This document shows positions 28,355 through 38,424 of a stretch of DNA of 64,000 nucleotides, one piece after another; position 1 is the first letter of the stretch; every line of letters begins with the position of its first letter. Made by a program: the position numbers and the translations under genes. Where the stretch lies: contig JAYGCM010000017.1 in the NCBI GenBank assembly GCA_046583355.1, positions 1 through 64,000 on the forward strand. Reading direction: 5' to 3'. The notes beneath the pieces were generated by a model, which did not search any database, was not told where the DNA came from, and worked only from the letters and a program-made list of their open reading frames with translations. Origin of the DNA: Deltaproteobacteria bacterium. GTDB lineage: Bacteria; Desulfobacterota; Binatia; UBA12015.

Positions 28355-30478
28355 CTATTGCCCGCCGAAGGGCGTTGTCGTGACGGGTAGGGATATCATC
28401 AGCTCGCGGTTCGGGCTCAGGTCGGCGAGCCAGCCGCGGCCCTCCTGAACGAGTCCGATCTCGAGGATATGTTCGCCGGCTTGTGGCGGGAAGGCGCCGA
28501 CGCTGGCGGGTAATGTCTCGCCCGGCTGGAGGTCGGCCGCTAGCGGGGCGGCGGCGTCGTTGTATTGGATCTCGTCGCCGCCGCCGATGCGCCACCGCGT
28601 CTGCAAGGCGAGGCGTCCGTTGGTCTGGCTGGTCAGGCCGGGCCAGGGGAGCTCGCCGTGGTTGTGGAGGGAGACTTTAATCCATTGCTGGACGCCGGCA
28701 CGGAGGTGAATGGGTAGCTCGAGACGTAGCTCGGCGCGTAGTGCGCTGGTGTCCAGCGCATCGAGCGGGATGTCGCCGAGTGTCCGGCCCTGGCGCTCGC
28801 CGGCAAGCTCGGCGCGCAGGCGTTCGGTCGCCTCGCCGCATTTCCGGGTGACTTCAAAAAGAGTGCTGCGCGGGAACGATTGTGCCCGGCGCAGAGGCAG
28901 GCCTTCGGCGTGTTGCCAGCGTGCGCGGGTCGCCGGGTCCAGACCCGTGTGGAGCAGAATCCACCGCAGGTCGGTGATCGCACAGAGGTCGGCGAAGGCG
29001 CGCGCATCAGGCAAGCGGGTTGCGAGAGTGGCGATGAGGCCACTGCTCGCCGGTGGGTGGCCGGTGTAGCCGTTGAGAATGGGCAGCCAATGTCGCGTCG
29101 AGCCGAGCATCGCACGTCCTGTGGCGCGCAGGGCACCGGGTTCCATCACGTTGCGGTGCATCGGCAACTCGAGCAACGCGCCTTTTTCGCCGTGCTCGGC
29201 AAGCCAGAAATAAGGGTCGTTCTCGGCTGGATGTGCCGGTACCGGGTGGATCTTCCAGCCGCCCGCGGGGCGGCGTTCGGCGACCACGAAGATGGCCAGA
29301 AGGGCGAGCAGAATCGGGCCGCCGATGCGTGCCGATCTCGGCACCCGGCGCTGCGCCAAGGTGAGCAGGTCGGCGACGCCGCAGCCTGCGAGCAGCGCAG
29401 TGGCGAGAATCGGTAGGACGAAAAAGCGCACCGGACCACGGATGCTGGCAAATCCGGGTACGACCGTGCCGAAGAGATCGTAGAGCGCGGGCAGTTGGAC
29501 TCCGGCGCTGAGTGCAAAGCCCAGCGCGCCGCCGGCCAGCAGGGAAAGTCGCAGCCGTCGCGGTGGCGCAGAGCGGCCCATCAGACCGACTGCCGCGAGG
29601 CCGATACCGAGCGGGCCCAGTTGCTCAAGCAGGCGGGCCGCGAGTGCGCTCGCGGTGGGCGACATCGCGCCAAGAATGACGGCCAAGGCGGCGGGATCGA
29701 TACCACCGCCCAGGCCATGTTCCAGGTAGGGCAGCCCAACCGGAATAGCGGCGAGTCCGGCTGTGGCGATCGCGAGGAAGCAGGGCAGCGGGCTGCGGAC
29801 GTGGCGGCGGGCCTCCAGAGCCAGCCCGGGCGCCAACGCGAGCAGCCAGAAGGCGAGCGCGTAGGCCACGTAAATTCCTGCCAGAATCTGCACGGATACC
29901 GCCAGCAGCAGGGCGGCCAATATCTTCCATCGGGGTGCCGCAGCCGCACTCCATGCAAGCATGGTAATCAGCGGCAGGAGCGAGACGGCTGCCCAATGCA
30001 CCCGGATCCAATTATCCCCCGCGATCTGCGGCGCGAAACCGAAGAGCAATCCGGCCAGAAGTGCGGGGCCGGCCAGCCCTGTCCAGCGGCGCAGGGCAAG
30101 AAAGGTGGTGAAGGCCGAGAGCCAGGCGAGTATCAGGAGTGCGCCGTTCTGCGCCAGCACCGCGTTGCCGGTCAGCAAAAATAGCGGCGCGGTGAGGGGT
30201 TGCAGGCCGAGGAGGTTCTCGGATCCCGCCAGTATATTGGTGGCGGGGTGAAAGAGGTTGCCGGCGAAGAGTGTCGAGGGAGCCGTGCTGAGGGCATGCG
30301 TTCCCCAGGCAAGGATCCACGCCGTCAGGTCAAAATCCGCGCGCGCCCACGAGTCGGCTGCCGCGGGGGCAGATGCGACCATGCCGTGCCCCATCATCAG
30401 GGGCAGGGGCCAGGCGAGGAGCAGCGCAACCCCCGCGAAGACAATCGCGGCACCCGGCGTAATGAGGAATCGTCGCAT
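28355..30478 (-). CDS. Polytopic membrane protein, GT-C/YfhO-like, with C-terminal periplasmic domain
   Basis: >10 TM segments; WILAW...LFAGNLFHP, IRGPVRF, LELP, HWLPILNGYTG. Confidence 0.7.
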   Translation of the reverse strand: MRRFLITPGAAIVFAGVALLLAWPLPLMMGHGMVASAPAAADSWARADFDLTAWILAWGTHALSTAPSTLFAGNLFHPATNILAGSENLLGLQPLTAPLFLLTGNAVLAQNGALLILAWLSAFTTFLALRRWTGLAGPALLAGLLFGFAPQIAGDNWIRVHWAAVSLLPLITMLAWSAAAAPRWKILAALLLAVSVQILAGIYVAYALAFWLLALAPGLALEARRHVRSPLPCFLAIATAGLAAIPVGLPYLEHGLGGGIDPAALAVILGAMSPTASALAARLLEQLGPLGIGLAAVGLMGRSAPPRRLRLSLLAGGALGFALSAGVQLPALYDLFGTVVPGFASIRGPVRFFVLPILATALLAGCGVADLLTLAQRRVPRSARIGGPILLALLAIFVVAERRPAGGWKIHPVPAHPAENDPYFWLAEHGEKGALLELPMHRNVMEPGALRATGRAMLGSTRHWLPILNGYTGHPPASSGLIATLATRLPDARAFADLCAITDLRWILLHTGLDPATRARWQHAEGLPLRRAQSFPRSTLFEVTRKCGEATERLRAELAGERQGRTLGDIPLDALDTSALRAELRLELPIHLRAGVQQWIKVSLHNHGELPWPGLTSQTNGRLALQTRWRIGGGDEIQYNDAAAPLAADLQPGETLPASVGAFPPQAGEHILEIGLVQEGRGWLADLSPNRELMISLPVTTTPFGGQ

Positions 30479-30496
30479 GGCAGAACCGTCGGAAGC

Positions 30497-30715
30497 CTAC
30501 TCGCTGCCCACCCCCGCGCCAAGCGGGGGGCCTTGCGCCGCTCGGCTTGCAGGGGCCGTGTCCGGAGGGATCAGGCCCCGCCGCCAGTCGACGTGAGGGA
30601 GCGGTTCGGCATTTTCGGGCTTATGCGCGAGGCCCTGGGCCACGTGGATGACCCCGCAGTTCGCGAGGAAGCGCGCGGTTTCATGGCCCAGGAGGGCCAG
30701 CATTACCGCGCGCAT
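30497..30715 (-). CDS. Small hypothetical protein
   Basis: 72-aa ATG ORF filling the gap between two co-oriented genes. Confidence 0.4.
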   Translation of the reverse strand: MRAVMLALLGHETARFLANCGVIHVAQGLAHKPENAEPLPHVDWRRGLIPPDTAPASRAAQGPPLGAGVGSE

Positions 30716-30727
30716 CGGCGCTAGCGT

Positions 30728-31375
30728 TCATCGGCGGGCGTGGATTTCGTCGCGGAAGGCCAGTACCTTGTCGACGTAGCGACGGGTCTCGGGGAAGGGC
30801 GGAACGGCGCCATGGGCCAGAACGGCGGTGGGGCCCGCGTTGTAGGCGGCGAGTGCCAGTCGGGTATTGCCCGCGAAGAGGTCGAGCATGCGCCGTAGGT
30901 AGGCCACGCCGCCTTGCAGGTTCTGCTCGGCGATGAAAGGATTCTTGACGCCAACCTCGCGGGCGGTATCGGGCATGAGTTGCATCAGCCCTTGGGCGCC
31001 CTTGCGTGAGACCGCGAAGCGGTCGAAGCCGGACTCGGCGCGCACCACGGCGTGCACCAGCGCGGGGTCGATTTTCGCCTGGCTGGCGATGCGCTGGATC
31101 AGACGCTCGAGTACCGGGTCGGCTGCGCTGGCCGGGCTGGATCGTGTTCGCCCGGCCCAATGCAGCGCCGTTGCCGGAGCGTGGCGGCCGAGTTCATACC
31201 CTTTACCGCCCCGCGCATTGTTGAATTTCCAGCAGACCGGAACGCAATCCGAAATCCCCGTGCAGTCGGTGCATAGCACTTGCTCGGCTGGAGCCGGCGC
31301 GGCGAAGGTGAGCAGGCCCACGCTCAGGAGGCCGGCGAGGCCGTAGCGCAGGAAGATGGAGGGGCAGGCAAACAC
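30728..31375 (-). CDS. Lytic transglycosylase (SLT domain)
   Basis: AVVRAESGF (catalytic Glu), GAQGLMQLMP, ALAAYNAG, PPFPETRRYV; signal peptide and Cys-rich N-terminus. Confidence 0.92.
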   Translation of the reverse strand: MFACPSIFLRYGLAGLLSVGLLTFAAPAPAEQVLCTDCTGISDCVPVCWKFNNARGGKGYELGRHAPATALHWAGRTRSSPASAADPVLERLIQRIASQAKIDPALVHAVVRAESGFDRFAVSRKGAQGLMQLMPDTAREVGVKNPFIAEQNLQGGVAYLRRMLDLFAGNTRLALAAYNAGPTAVLAHGAVPPFPETRRYVDKVLAFRDEIHARR

Positions 31376-31611
31376 GGGGTACCGTGAATATGACTGTTTT
31401 CGCGTCGGCCGTAAATAGGTAGAAACCCGGATTCAGCACAGGTGGTCTCGGTAGGGGAGGCGGGCATCGCCCCGCCAGCGAGTGCGGCCCGGCGAGGCGG
31501 TAGCCCTCGCCTGCGGGCGAATTCGCAGCGATGGAAGTCGGGCGGACGTCAGAAATCGAGGAAACGATCCTCGGCAACAACGGATCCGGGCAGCAGGACA
31601 ATCGTACCTAA

Positions 31612-31639
31612 TTGACTTAAATCGTAAACGGGGTATGTT
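31612..31639 (+). promoter_or_regulatory. Sigma-70-type promoter of the lipoprotein/TBDR operon
   Basis: TTGACT-16 nt-TATGTT in an AT-rich patch; the -35 overlaps an imperfect palindrome TTGAC-N7-GTAAA. Confidence 0.55.
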
Positions 31640-31673
31640 CCGTTTTATGTCGATAGCGGGGAGATTCCGGAGA

Positions 31674-33926
31674 ATGCGAGTTGGTCTGATGTGTTTGGCA
31701 GTCGTAGTGCTGGCTGGCGGGTGTTCCCTGCGGCAAGGCCTCAAGCCCGTTCCCCCGGCGGCGCCGACCTCGATCTCGGATCGGGGAGTACAGGAGCATG
31801 GCAAGGTCTGGCCGCGCAGCATTGACTCGGCCTATATGGGAACCTGGGGCGACAACCGCAATTCAGGTTCTACGCTGGTGACCAGCTTTGAGAGGCGACG
31901 GATTGCCGGCCAGAGCCAATACCTGAGTTGGACCGAACCCGACTCACCGCCCATCTCTGCTTTGCTGACCAACGGCAGCACCGAGGCGCCCAACGGTCTC
32001 ATCATTGCGGTCTCGCCGCGCGGGGGGGGCACCTCGACCGTCGTGGCGCTGGACCTGAAGGGTAAGGTCGTCTGGCGCACCGATGAGTGGTCCAGCGAGG
32101 ATAGCGACGGCGACGGCGTCGCGGACCTGGCCGGTATCGGCACTGCGGTGGCATCGAGCGCGGGGATCCAGGCACCGATGGTCGACGAAGAGGGCGGCCT
32201 TTATGTCGCAGACAATTACGGAATATGGAAACTCGACCAGGACACCGGCGCACGGATCTGGTTCTCGCGTTTTGCGGATTATAGCGGCAACACACTCGCC
32301 TCCAACGACCTCCGCCTTCTCAATGAGGGCGAGGATGGTCTCGTCGGTAATGTCTTCGCCTCGGGCTGGCATATCTGGCTCGATCGTCGCGATGGCACGC
32401 CGGTCGTGGTCAAAGAGCCCGACCCATTCTCGGCGAGCGATTGTCCCGTGCTCTCCCGGATGTTCATGGCGATCAGTGGCGGCGAGTTGGATAAATCAGG
32501 CGAACTCGACCGGCTGGTCTGCCTTGCCTACGGCGCCAACAATACGACGCCGCAGCCCAATAACCTGGCCGTCCGTCCGGCGATCCCCGGCCTCTCGGAG
32601 CGGGCGCGCTATATCTTCACCTACGCCGGCCCGGTCGGATCGCCCGCCAAGGCGCGACTCATTGCCTATGATTTCACCTACGACGAGCAGGAAGGGTGGG
32701 GCATCGAGAAGGCCTGGGAGCAGGTCATTCACAACAAAACCGGTGCCTCGCCGACCTTGTCGCCGGACTATCGGGTCGTGAACGGTTCGGATATCTCCGG
32801 CGGCGTTAATTTCACCGATGTCGAGACCGGAGAAGCGTTGCCGGACCCCGGCATTGTCGACTTCAACAGCTTCGGCTCCCCTGGAAATACGATTGACGGC
32901 CTCTATTGCGACCTCTGGACGATCACCTGCGTCTCGCCCGACGGCAAGACCGTTCGCCGGGCTGACCATTCCGTGCTGGAGGCGATTGCCGCGGAAGCAT
33001 TGCCCGACGATATGGAATCGCATTGGATCCCCTTTCTCTGGGGAACCGTGCCCGACGCAGACCTCATCGGCGGTGCGATTCTGGACCCCGCGCGATGGAC
33101 CTTCACGGCGACTGTCGGCTATCCATATTTTCTCGGCGATATACTTGGCTCACAAGTACGCTTGGGGTCGCTCACCCCGACCGGCATGGTTCCGGTCACC
33201 TTCGATGCGAAGACCGGCGAGCTCATGCCGGGCCAGGAATTCGGACCGGAGCTGGTGCAGCCCGGCGTCTCGCAGGCCAACGCGATGATCACGACGACCG
33301 GGCGCTACGTCGTGCAGAAGGCGGAGCTGCTCACGCTCTTCTACTATTACCTCTTTCAGGGCAACTATAATTTCTTCAACACCAACGATGTCGCGACCGA
33401 CGATGTGAGCCAGGAGGAGCTCGCCGAGATCCGCGATATGGGCAGGATGCTGAACTATTTCGGTCTGGCTGGCGAAATCGGGCCTGAAGGTGTCGTGCCC
33501 GATGCGTGGAAGGTGCCACAGCCGATGTCGGGACTCACGATCTACGAGCCGATTTCGATGCAGGAGAGTGCGCACAATCAGGTCGAGATGGACGTTGGTC
33601 TGGTTGAGTTTGCGCTTGAAAACCTCTGTGTGACCAGGGGTTGTGAGATCGAAGAGGCCGCCGCGCGTCTGGGCTATGCGGCCTGGAATCTGGACAAGGC
33701 GTTCCGCAAACAAATCACCGAGGCAGCCATGCTGGGCGAGCTCGATGCGACGGACGCCGACGAGTTTTCGCGTTCCGCAATGGCGGCCGCGACCCAATGC
33801 CGAGAGGCTCGCGGGCATTTGCTCAAGCGTCAGCCGGAGCTTCCCGATGCACTCGCTTTGGACGCCGCCCGGGCGGCGTCGGCGGCTTGTCTCCAGACCC
33901 TCGCGAAACTGAGTGCCGACCTATGA
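31674..33926 (+). CDS. Large hypothetical lipoprotein, probable beta-propeller
   Basis: Lipobox LAGGC; VVALDLKGKVVW and WKLDQDTGARIW propeller-like repeats; DSDGDG motif; start chosen by RBS GGGGAG. Confidence 0.7.
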   Translation: MRVGLMCLAVVVLAGGCSLRQGLKPVPPAAPTSISDRGVQEHGKVWPRSIDSAYMGTWGDNRNSGSTLVTSFERRRIAGQSQYLSWTEPDSPPISALLTNGSTEAPNGLIIAVSPRGGGTSTVVALDLKGKVVWRTDEWSSEDSDGDGVADLAGIGTAVASSAGIQAPMVDEEGGLYVADNYGIWKLDQDTGARIWFSRFADYSGNTLASNDLRLLNEGEDGLVGNVFASGWHIWLDRRDGTPVVVKEPDPFSASDCPVLSRMFMAISGGELDKSGELDRLVCLAYGANNTTPQPNNLAVRPAIPGLSERARYIFTYAGPVGSPAKARLIAYDFTYDEQEGWGIEKAWEQVIHNKTGASPTLSPDYRVVNGSDISGGVNFTDVETGEALPDPGIVDFNSFGSPGNTIDGLYCDLWTITCVSPDGKTVRRADHSVLEAIAAEALPDDMESHWIPFLWGTVPDADLIGGAILDPARWTFTATVGYPYFLGDILGSQVRLGSLTPTGMVPVTFDAKTGELMPGQEFGPELVQPGVSQANAMITTTGRYVVQKAELLTLFYYYLFQGNYNFFNTNDVATDDVSQEELAEIRDMGRMLNYFGLAGEIGPEGVVPDAWKVPQPMSGLTIYEPISMQESAHNQVEMDVGLVEFALENLCVTRGCEIEEAAARLGYAAWNLDKAFRKQITEAAMLGELDATDADEFSRSAMAAATQCREARGHLLKRQPELPDALALDAARAASAACLQTLAKLSADL

Positions 33927-35347
33927 GGAGTTCTTCGCCCTCCCGGCCCTGGCGGCGCGCGCTTCTCCATCTGAGTCTGGGACTCCAATTGCTCCTGCCC
34001 TTGACGGGGCATGGCGCCTTTTCCGGGTCGCGCCCGGAGGTCGAGATCGGCGCCATCGAGAAGGTCATGCAGGCGTGGATCGCGGCTGTTCGGGAACGCG
34101 ACGGTGCTGCCGGCGAGTTGCTGCTGAGTCGCTCCGCGAGAGAGTATTGGCCGGCCGTGCGAGAGCAGGCGCTTCACGCAACGGCCGATGAATTGCAGCT
34201 GCTGGGCCCACTGCGGCAGTTGCAGGTCATGTTGCTGCGCGGACTGACGGATGCCGATGCGCTGCGGGCCATGAGCAGCGCGGAATTGCTCGGCTTGGCG
34301 CTGGAGGCGGGTTTCCTGGGGCAGGATCTGCGCCGCAGCGACCTGCTGCGTGAGGTCCGCGTGTCCGAGGATCGTGCGGAGGGTCGCCTTTATAAATTGG
34401 GCCGTAGCGATCGACCGGATCGGGCGCTTCAGTATTTTCGCAAAGAACAGGGTTCGTGGCGGATCGATCTGCGCGGCGAGCACGAGCGGCTGCGACGCGG
34501 TTTTGACGCATTCGTCGTGCGCTCCGGCCTCTCGGCAGACGAGGCAGCCTTTTTTCTCCTCGAGGCGCGGCTGATGCGCAAGGTTGTCCCGACCGAGTTC
34601 GCCTCCCCGCTCTTGGTCGCAGGGATGGCTGCGGACCACGCGACGGATCCAGCAGCGGCAGCGGCGGAAGACCCGCGTACGCAGGAGCTTGTGCCACGGA
34701 TCCGACTCGTCGCCTTGCGGCACGAAGAAAACGATCTTTCCGCCAGCGCGGCCACCCTGGAGGATCGTTGGGAATCGATGCGTTACGTACTTGAGGCCGG
34801 GGAGGCTTTGCCGACACATCCGGGTTTCGTTGTTGTCGAGATCGGCGCCCGGGACGTTGTTCTGCAGGGGCCATCGGGTCTGACCAGGCTGCCCCTCGAC
34901 CTGGATGGACCGGCGCTGGGCGCGCGTCTGCGTTCGCCGCGTGGGGCTCATGCGGCATCGCTCGGCCTGCTCCACCATGCACGCCTTGGCGAGCAGCAAG
35001 AGGGAATGATGGCGTTGTGGCGAAATATCGGCTTGCGCGAGCGGCCGCAGCTTCTCCAGCAAGCTACCCTGGTCCCGGAATTCGGCCCGGGCAGGGCGGG
35101 CGAGCGCAGCCTCAAGGGCTTGCGCGTCCGGCGGATTGCCGAAGCGAGTTTCTGGGACCAACTCGGTCTCAAGGACGGAGACCTGCTGACCTGGATGGAT
35201 GGGGAGCCAATCGACTCCCTGGCGGCCTGGCAGCGCGTGATTGATCGGGCCGAGGTCGAGCGTAGAATAGCGATTCTCGTAGAGCGGGATGGCCGCGCTC
35301 TGGAGTTTCGTATCGAAACGATCGCGCCACATGGGGAAAGAGGGTGA
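33923..35347 (+). CDS. Exported protein with C-terminal GspC-like HR + PDZ domains
   Basis: ATGA overlap; signal-like N-terminus; GLRVRRIAEASFWDQLGLKDGDLLTWMDGEPIDS...VERDG PDZ. Confidence 0.72.
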   Translation: MRSSSPSRPWRRALLHLSLGLQLLLPLTGHGAFSGSRPEVEIGAIEKVMQAWIAAVRERDGAAGELLLSRSAREYWPAVREQALHATADELQLLGPLRQLQVMLLRGLTDADALRAMSSAELLGLALEAGFLGQDLRRSDLLREVRVSEDRAEGRLYKLGRSDRPDRALQYFRKEQGSWRIDLRGEHERLRRGFDAFVVRSGLSADEAAFFLLEARLMRKVVPTEFASPLLVAGMAADHATDPAAAAAEDPRTQELVPRIRLVALRHEENDLSASAATLEDRWESMRYVLEAGEALPTHPGFVVVEIGARDVVLQGPSGLTRLPLDLDGPALGARLRSPRGAHAASLGLLHHARLGEQQEGMMALWRNIGLRERPQLLQQATLVPEFGPGRAGERSLKGLRVRRIAEASFWDQLGLKDGDLLTWMDGEPIDSLAAWQRVIDRAEVERRIAILVERDGRALEFRIETIAPHGERG

Positions 35348-37725
35348 GGCAGATGAGATCGTTGTTTCTATTCAGCCGGAGTCACACCATTCGGAACGGC
35401 CTGGGCGCTCTCGCCCTCGGCACGGCGCTTTTGACGGTTGCGCCGGCCGCGCTGGGAGAGGAGGTCGAGGCTCCGGCCGAGTTCGTCGAATCGATGGAAA
35501 AGCCCGCGATTGAGGAGATCGTCGTCCAGGCGCGCAAGCGTGCCGAGCTCATCGAGGATACCCCGATTTCGGTGACTGCATTGGGCGAGGCCCGCCTGCG
35601 TGAAAACGGGGTAACCAGGCTCGACGATATTCAGCAGCTCGTGCCCAACCTCTCCTTCGGTCGCACGCCGGAAGGGCAGGATGCGCTGGTGCGCATCCGT
35701 GGCATTGGTACGCCGCGCGCCTCCGTGCAATTTGATCCGGGCGTCGGCATCTATGTCGATGGCGTCTTTCTCGCCCGGGCGCCGGGTGCCCTGATCGATG
35801 TGCTCGATGTGCAGCAGATCGAGGTTCTGCGCGGTCCGCAGGGGACCCTCTTCGGCAAGAATACGGTTGGCGGGGCGATCAATATCTCTACGGTCAAACC
35901 GCACGAGGAACTGGAAGCCTTTGCCTTCGTGCGGCCGGGCAATTTCGATTTACTGAATGCGCGCATGATGCTGAATCTGCCGCTGGTCGAGGAGCGGCTG
36001 CTGGCGCGGGTCGCCTTCAGTTCGAATTCGCGATCGGGTTACGTCTACAACGCGTCGCGCGACGAATACCTTTCGGACTACGATGCACTGAACTTCGTGG
36101 GCACCCTGCGCTACCTACCGCACGACGATTTCGTGGTGGACCTGACCGGCAGCTGGGCGCGTAGCCGGAGTCGGGGTCGAGGCGGCCGTTGTGTGTTCGT
36201 TCAGGAAGCCGGCCTGCAGAATTTGGCGCCCGGCTGGGCCGATGCATGCCGGAAATCGGAGCCCTTCCGTGTCGCGTCGAATGTGGCGCAATTGGTGGAT
36301 AACGAAAGCTACGGCGCCTGGCTCACGGCTGCCTGGGAGCCCGGTGCACTGGGCATTTTCGAGGATCTGAGCCTGAGGTCGATCACCTCGTGGCGCGAGC
36401 AGATTCCACGGCTTCGTTCCGACTCGGATGGCACGAGCCTCGACGTCATCCGACTCTCTACCGCGGGCGGTAGCCCTACCGATGGTAGTCCCGGTTTCGC
36501 CCGGCAGATCAGCCAGGAGCTCCAGCTGAACCTGCAGGCGTTCGACGACAGGCTCTCCTTTGTTGGGGGTGCCTTCGGGTATTGGGAGGAGGCGAAGATC
36601 GATCAGGTGCTGGTCGCCTTTCCGGGTGTTCTGGACCGATATACACGCACGCGGACTCGCACCGATAATTGGAATTGGGCGCTCTATTCACAGGCGAGCT
36701 TCGATGCGACCGAGTGGCTCAGCCTGACGGCCGGGATGCGCTATACGACTGAAAAAAAAGCGTTGACGGCGGACGGCCGTGCGATCGACCCGGCGACCGG
36801 CGAGTTCCTTCCGGATGCGGTCCCGGATGTTGCAGGCAGCGGAGCGCAGACCTTCTCGGCGTGGACACCGATGGGGAGTATCGCGGCCATCGTTCCTGAT
36901 GCTCATCTCGATGGGACGCCTATCGACCATCTGATGGTCTATTTCACCTACGCGCAGGGCTTCCGTGGCGGCGGCTTCAATGCGCTCGGAGCCACCGAGA
37001 GCGGCGGGCTCGAAGCCTTTGCTCCGGAGACGATGAACTCATTCGAGATCGGCACGAAACTGATCGGTGTCGACCGCCGGCTCACGGTCAATCTCTCTTT
37101 ATTTCTCGGCAAATACGATGATATTCAAGTCACCTCCATCCGCGAAATCGGCGAGCCGGACGGCGATGGTGTGCCGAATATCATCCAGCTCACCTTGAAC
37201 GCGGCACGCGCCACGACAAAGGGCGTCGAGCTCGAAATCCATGCCATTCCCTTCGACGGCCTCGATGTGACGGGTTCGGTCGGCCTGATCGATGCGCGTT
37301 TCGACGAGTTCCTCGGGATCAGCGACCTCAGCGGCGAGCCGATCGATCGCTCCGGCCAGACCTTTGACGAAACACCGGCATTGCAGACCTTCCTTGCGAT
37401 CCAATACTCGCTGCCGCTCGAACTTGCGGGGCCGCTCTGGCTTGACGGATGGCTGACCCCACGTATCGACTGGTCCTACCAGAGTTCCCAGAGGTTTGCG
37501 GGCCCGGAACTCGAAGCGGCGCGCCATCGCGGCTACAATCGGATCGGTGCACGCCTTGCCTATTCCTTCAACGATGGAGCAGCGGAGGTGGCGCTATGGG
37601 GAAAGAACCTGACCAACGAAACATATTTCGGCAACAGCACCCCGATCGCCAATTTTTTCGGCCTGACCTTGCAGTATTATGAAGAGCCACGGACCTTCGG
37701 TGCCGAGTTGAGCTACCGCTTTTGA
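35344..37725 (+). CDS. TonB-dependent receptor
   Basis: TonB box EEIVVQARKR, plug IEVLRGPQGTLFGKNTVGGAINI, C-terminal PRTFGAELSYRF. Confidence 0.95.
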   Translation: MRQMRSLFLFSRSHTIRNGLGALALGTALLTVAPAALGEEVEAPAEFVESMEKPAIEEIVVQARKRAELIEDTPISVTALGEARLRENGVTRLDDIQQLVPNLSFGRTPEGQDALVRIRGIGTPRASVQFDPGVGIYVDGVFLARAPGALIDVLDVQQIEVLRGPQGTLFGKNTVGGAINISTVKPHEELEAFAFVRPGNFDLLNARMMLNLPLVEERLLARVAFSSNSRSGYVYNASRDEYLSDYDALNFVGTLRYLPHDDFVVDLTGSWARSRSRGRGGRCVFVQEAGLQNLAPGWADACRKSEPFRVASNVAQLVDNESYGAWLTAAWEPGALGIFEDLSLRSITSWREQIPRLRSDSDGTSLDVIRLSTAGGSPTDGSPGFARQISQELQLNLQAFDDRLSFVGGAFGYWEEAKIDQVLVAFPGVLDRYTRTRTRTDNWNWALYSQASFDATEWLSLTAGMRYTTEKKALTADGRAIDPATGEFLPDAVPDVAGSGAQTFSAWTPMGSIAAIVPDAHLDGTPIDHLMVYFTYAQGFRGGGFNALGATESGGLEAFAPETMNSFEIGTKLIGVDRRLTVNLSLFLGKYDDIQVTSIREIGEPDGDGVPNIIQLTLNAARATTKGVELEIHAIPFDGLDVTGSVGLIDARFDEFLGISDLSGEPIDRSGQTFDETPALQTFLAIQYSLPLELAGPLWLDGWLTPRIDWSYQSSQRFAGPELEAARHRGYNRIGARLAYSFNDGAAEVALWGKNLTNETYFGNSTPIANFFGLTLQYYEEPRTFGAELSYRF

Positions 37726-37741
37726 GGCAGGTGAGCTGGAA

Positions 37742-38395
37742 ATGAACATGACTTCCGCTACGAGTTCGCCGATGCCGAAGAACATCTCAGCCCCGCGGCG
37801 CCCAGCCCAAACCAAGGCGAATCTTCGCCGTCGCGAGCGGATTCTTGAAGCGGCCGGGCGCTGCTTTGCCGAGCGCGGCGTAAAAGGCGCCACGATGGAC
37901 GAGATCGCCGTGGCGGCCGACGTCTCGAAGCCCTTTATCTACAAGCACTTCGAGGGCAAGGACCTCCTGGTCGAGGCGGTTCTGGCCGACGCGCTCGCCA
38001 CCTGGGAGGAACGGACAGGCGAGGCGAGTTCCGCCAGTGGCACGGTCTGCGAGCGGCTCGCCGGGCGCATCCGCGCCGCGGTGGCTTTTGCCCGCGAACG
38101 GCCCGTGCTCGGAGCGATCCTGCGCCGTGACCACCGCTTGCTGCGATCCGGCTACGCTGAGCGCTTTCGCAAGGCGCGCGAGGCGAGCCTGGAGACCACG
38201 CGCGGGCTGCTGCGCGAGGGCATCCAGAGCAAGGAACTGCGCCAGGATCTCGATGTCGAAGGAACCACTCGCGCCATCGAATTACTGCATTTCTCCGTCG
38301 TCGAGGCATCGCTCGACGGCCACGCGATCACGGCCAGCGCCGGATTGCTCGAAGCGGCCATCGACCTGATCTGCCGTGGCATCGTTGCCGGATAG
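37742..38395 (+). CDS. TetR/AcrR family regulator
   Basis: RERILEAA...ATMDEIAVAADVSKPFIYKHFEGK HTH. Confidence 0.93.
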   Translation: MNMTSATSSPMPKNISAPRRPAQTKANLRRRERILEAAGRCFAERGVKGATMDEIAVAADVSKPFIYKHFEGKDLLVEAVLADALATWEERTGEASSASGTVCERLAGRIRAAVAFARERPVLGAILRRDHRLLRSGYAERFRKAREASLETTRGLLREGIQSKELRQDLDVEGTTRAIELLHFSVVEASLDGHAITASAGLLEAAIDLICRGIVAG

Positions 38396-38424
38396 GGTGC
38401 AAGAATTATTTTTTGGCTGGACGT

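Noticed and set aside
30497..31375. The SLT gene's TGA (30728-30730) is in frame with the following 72-aa ORF, so possible read-through
   Set aside because: The SLT domain is complete before the TGA, the position is not a redox-Cys motif, and I saw no convincing SECIS-like hairpin
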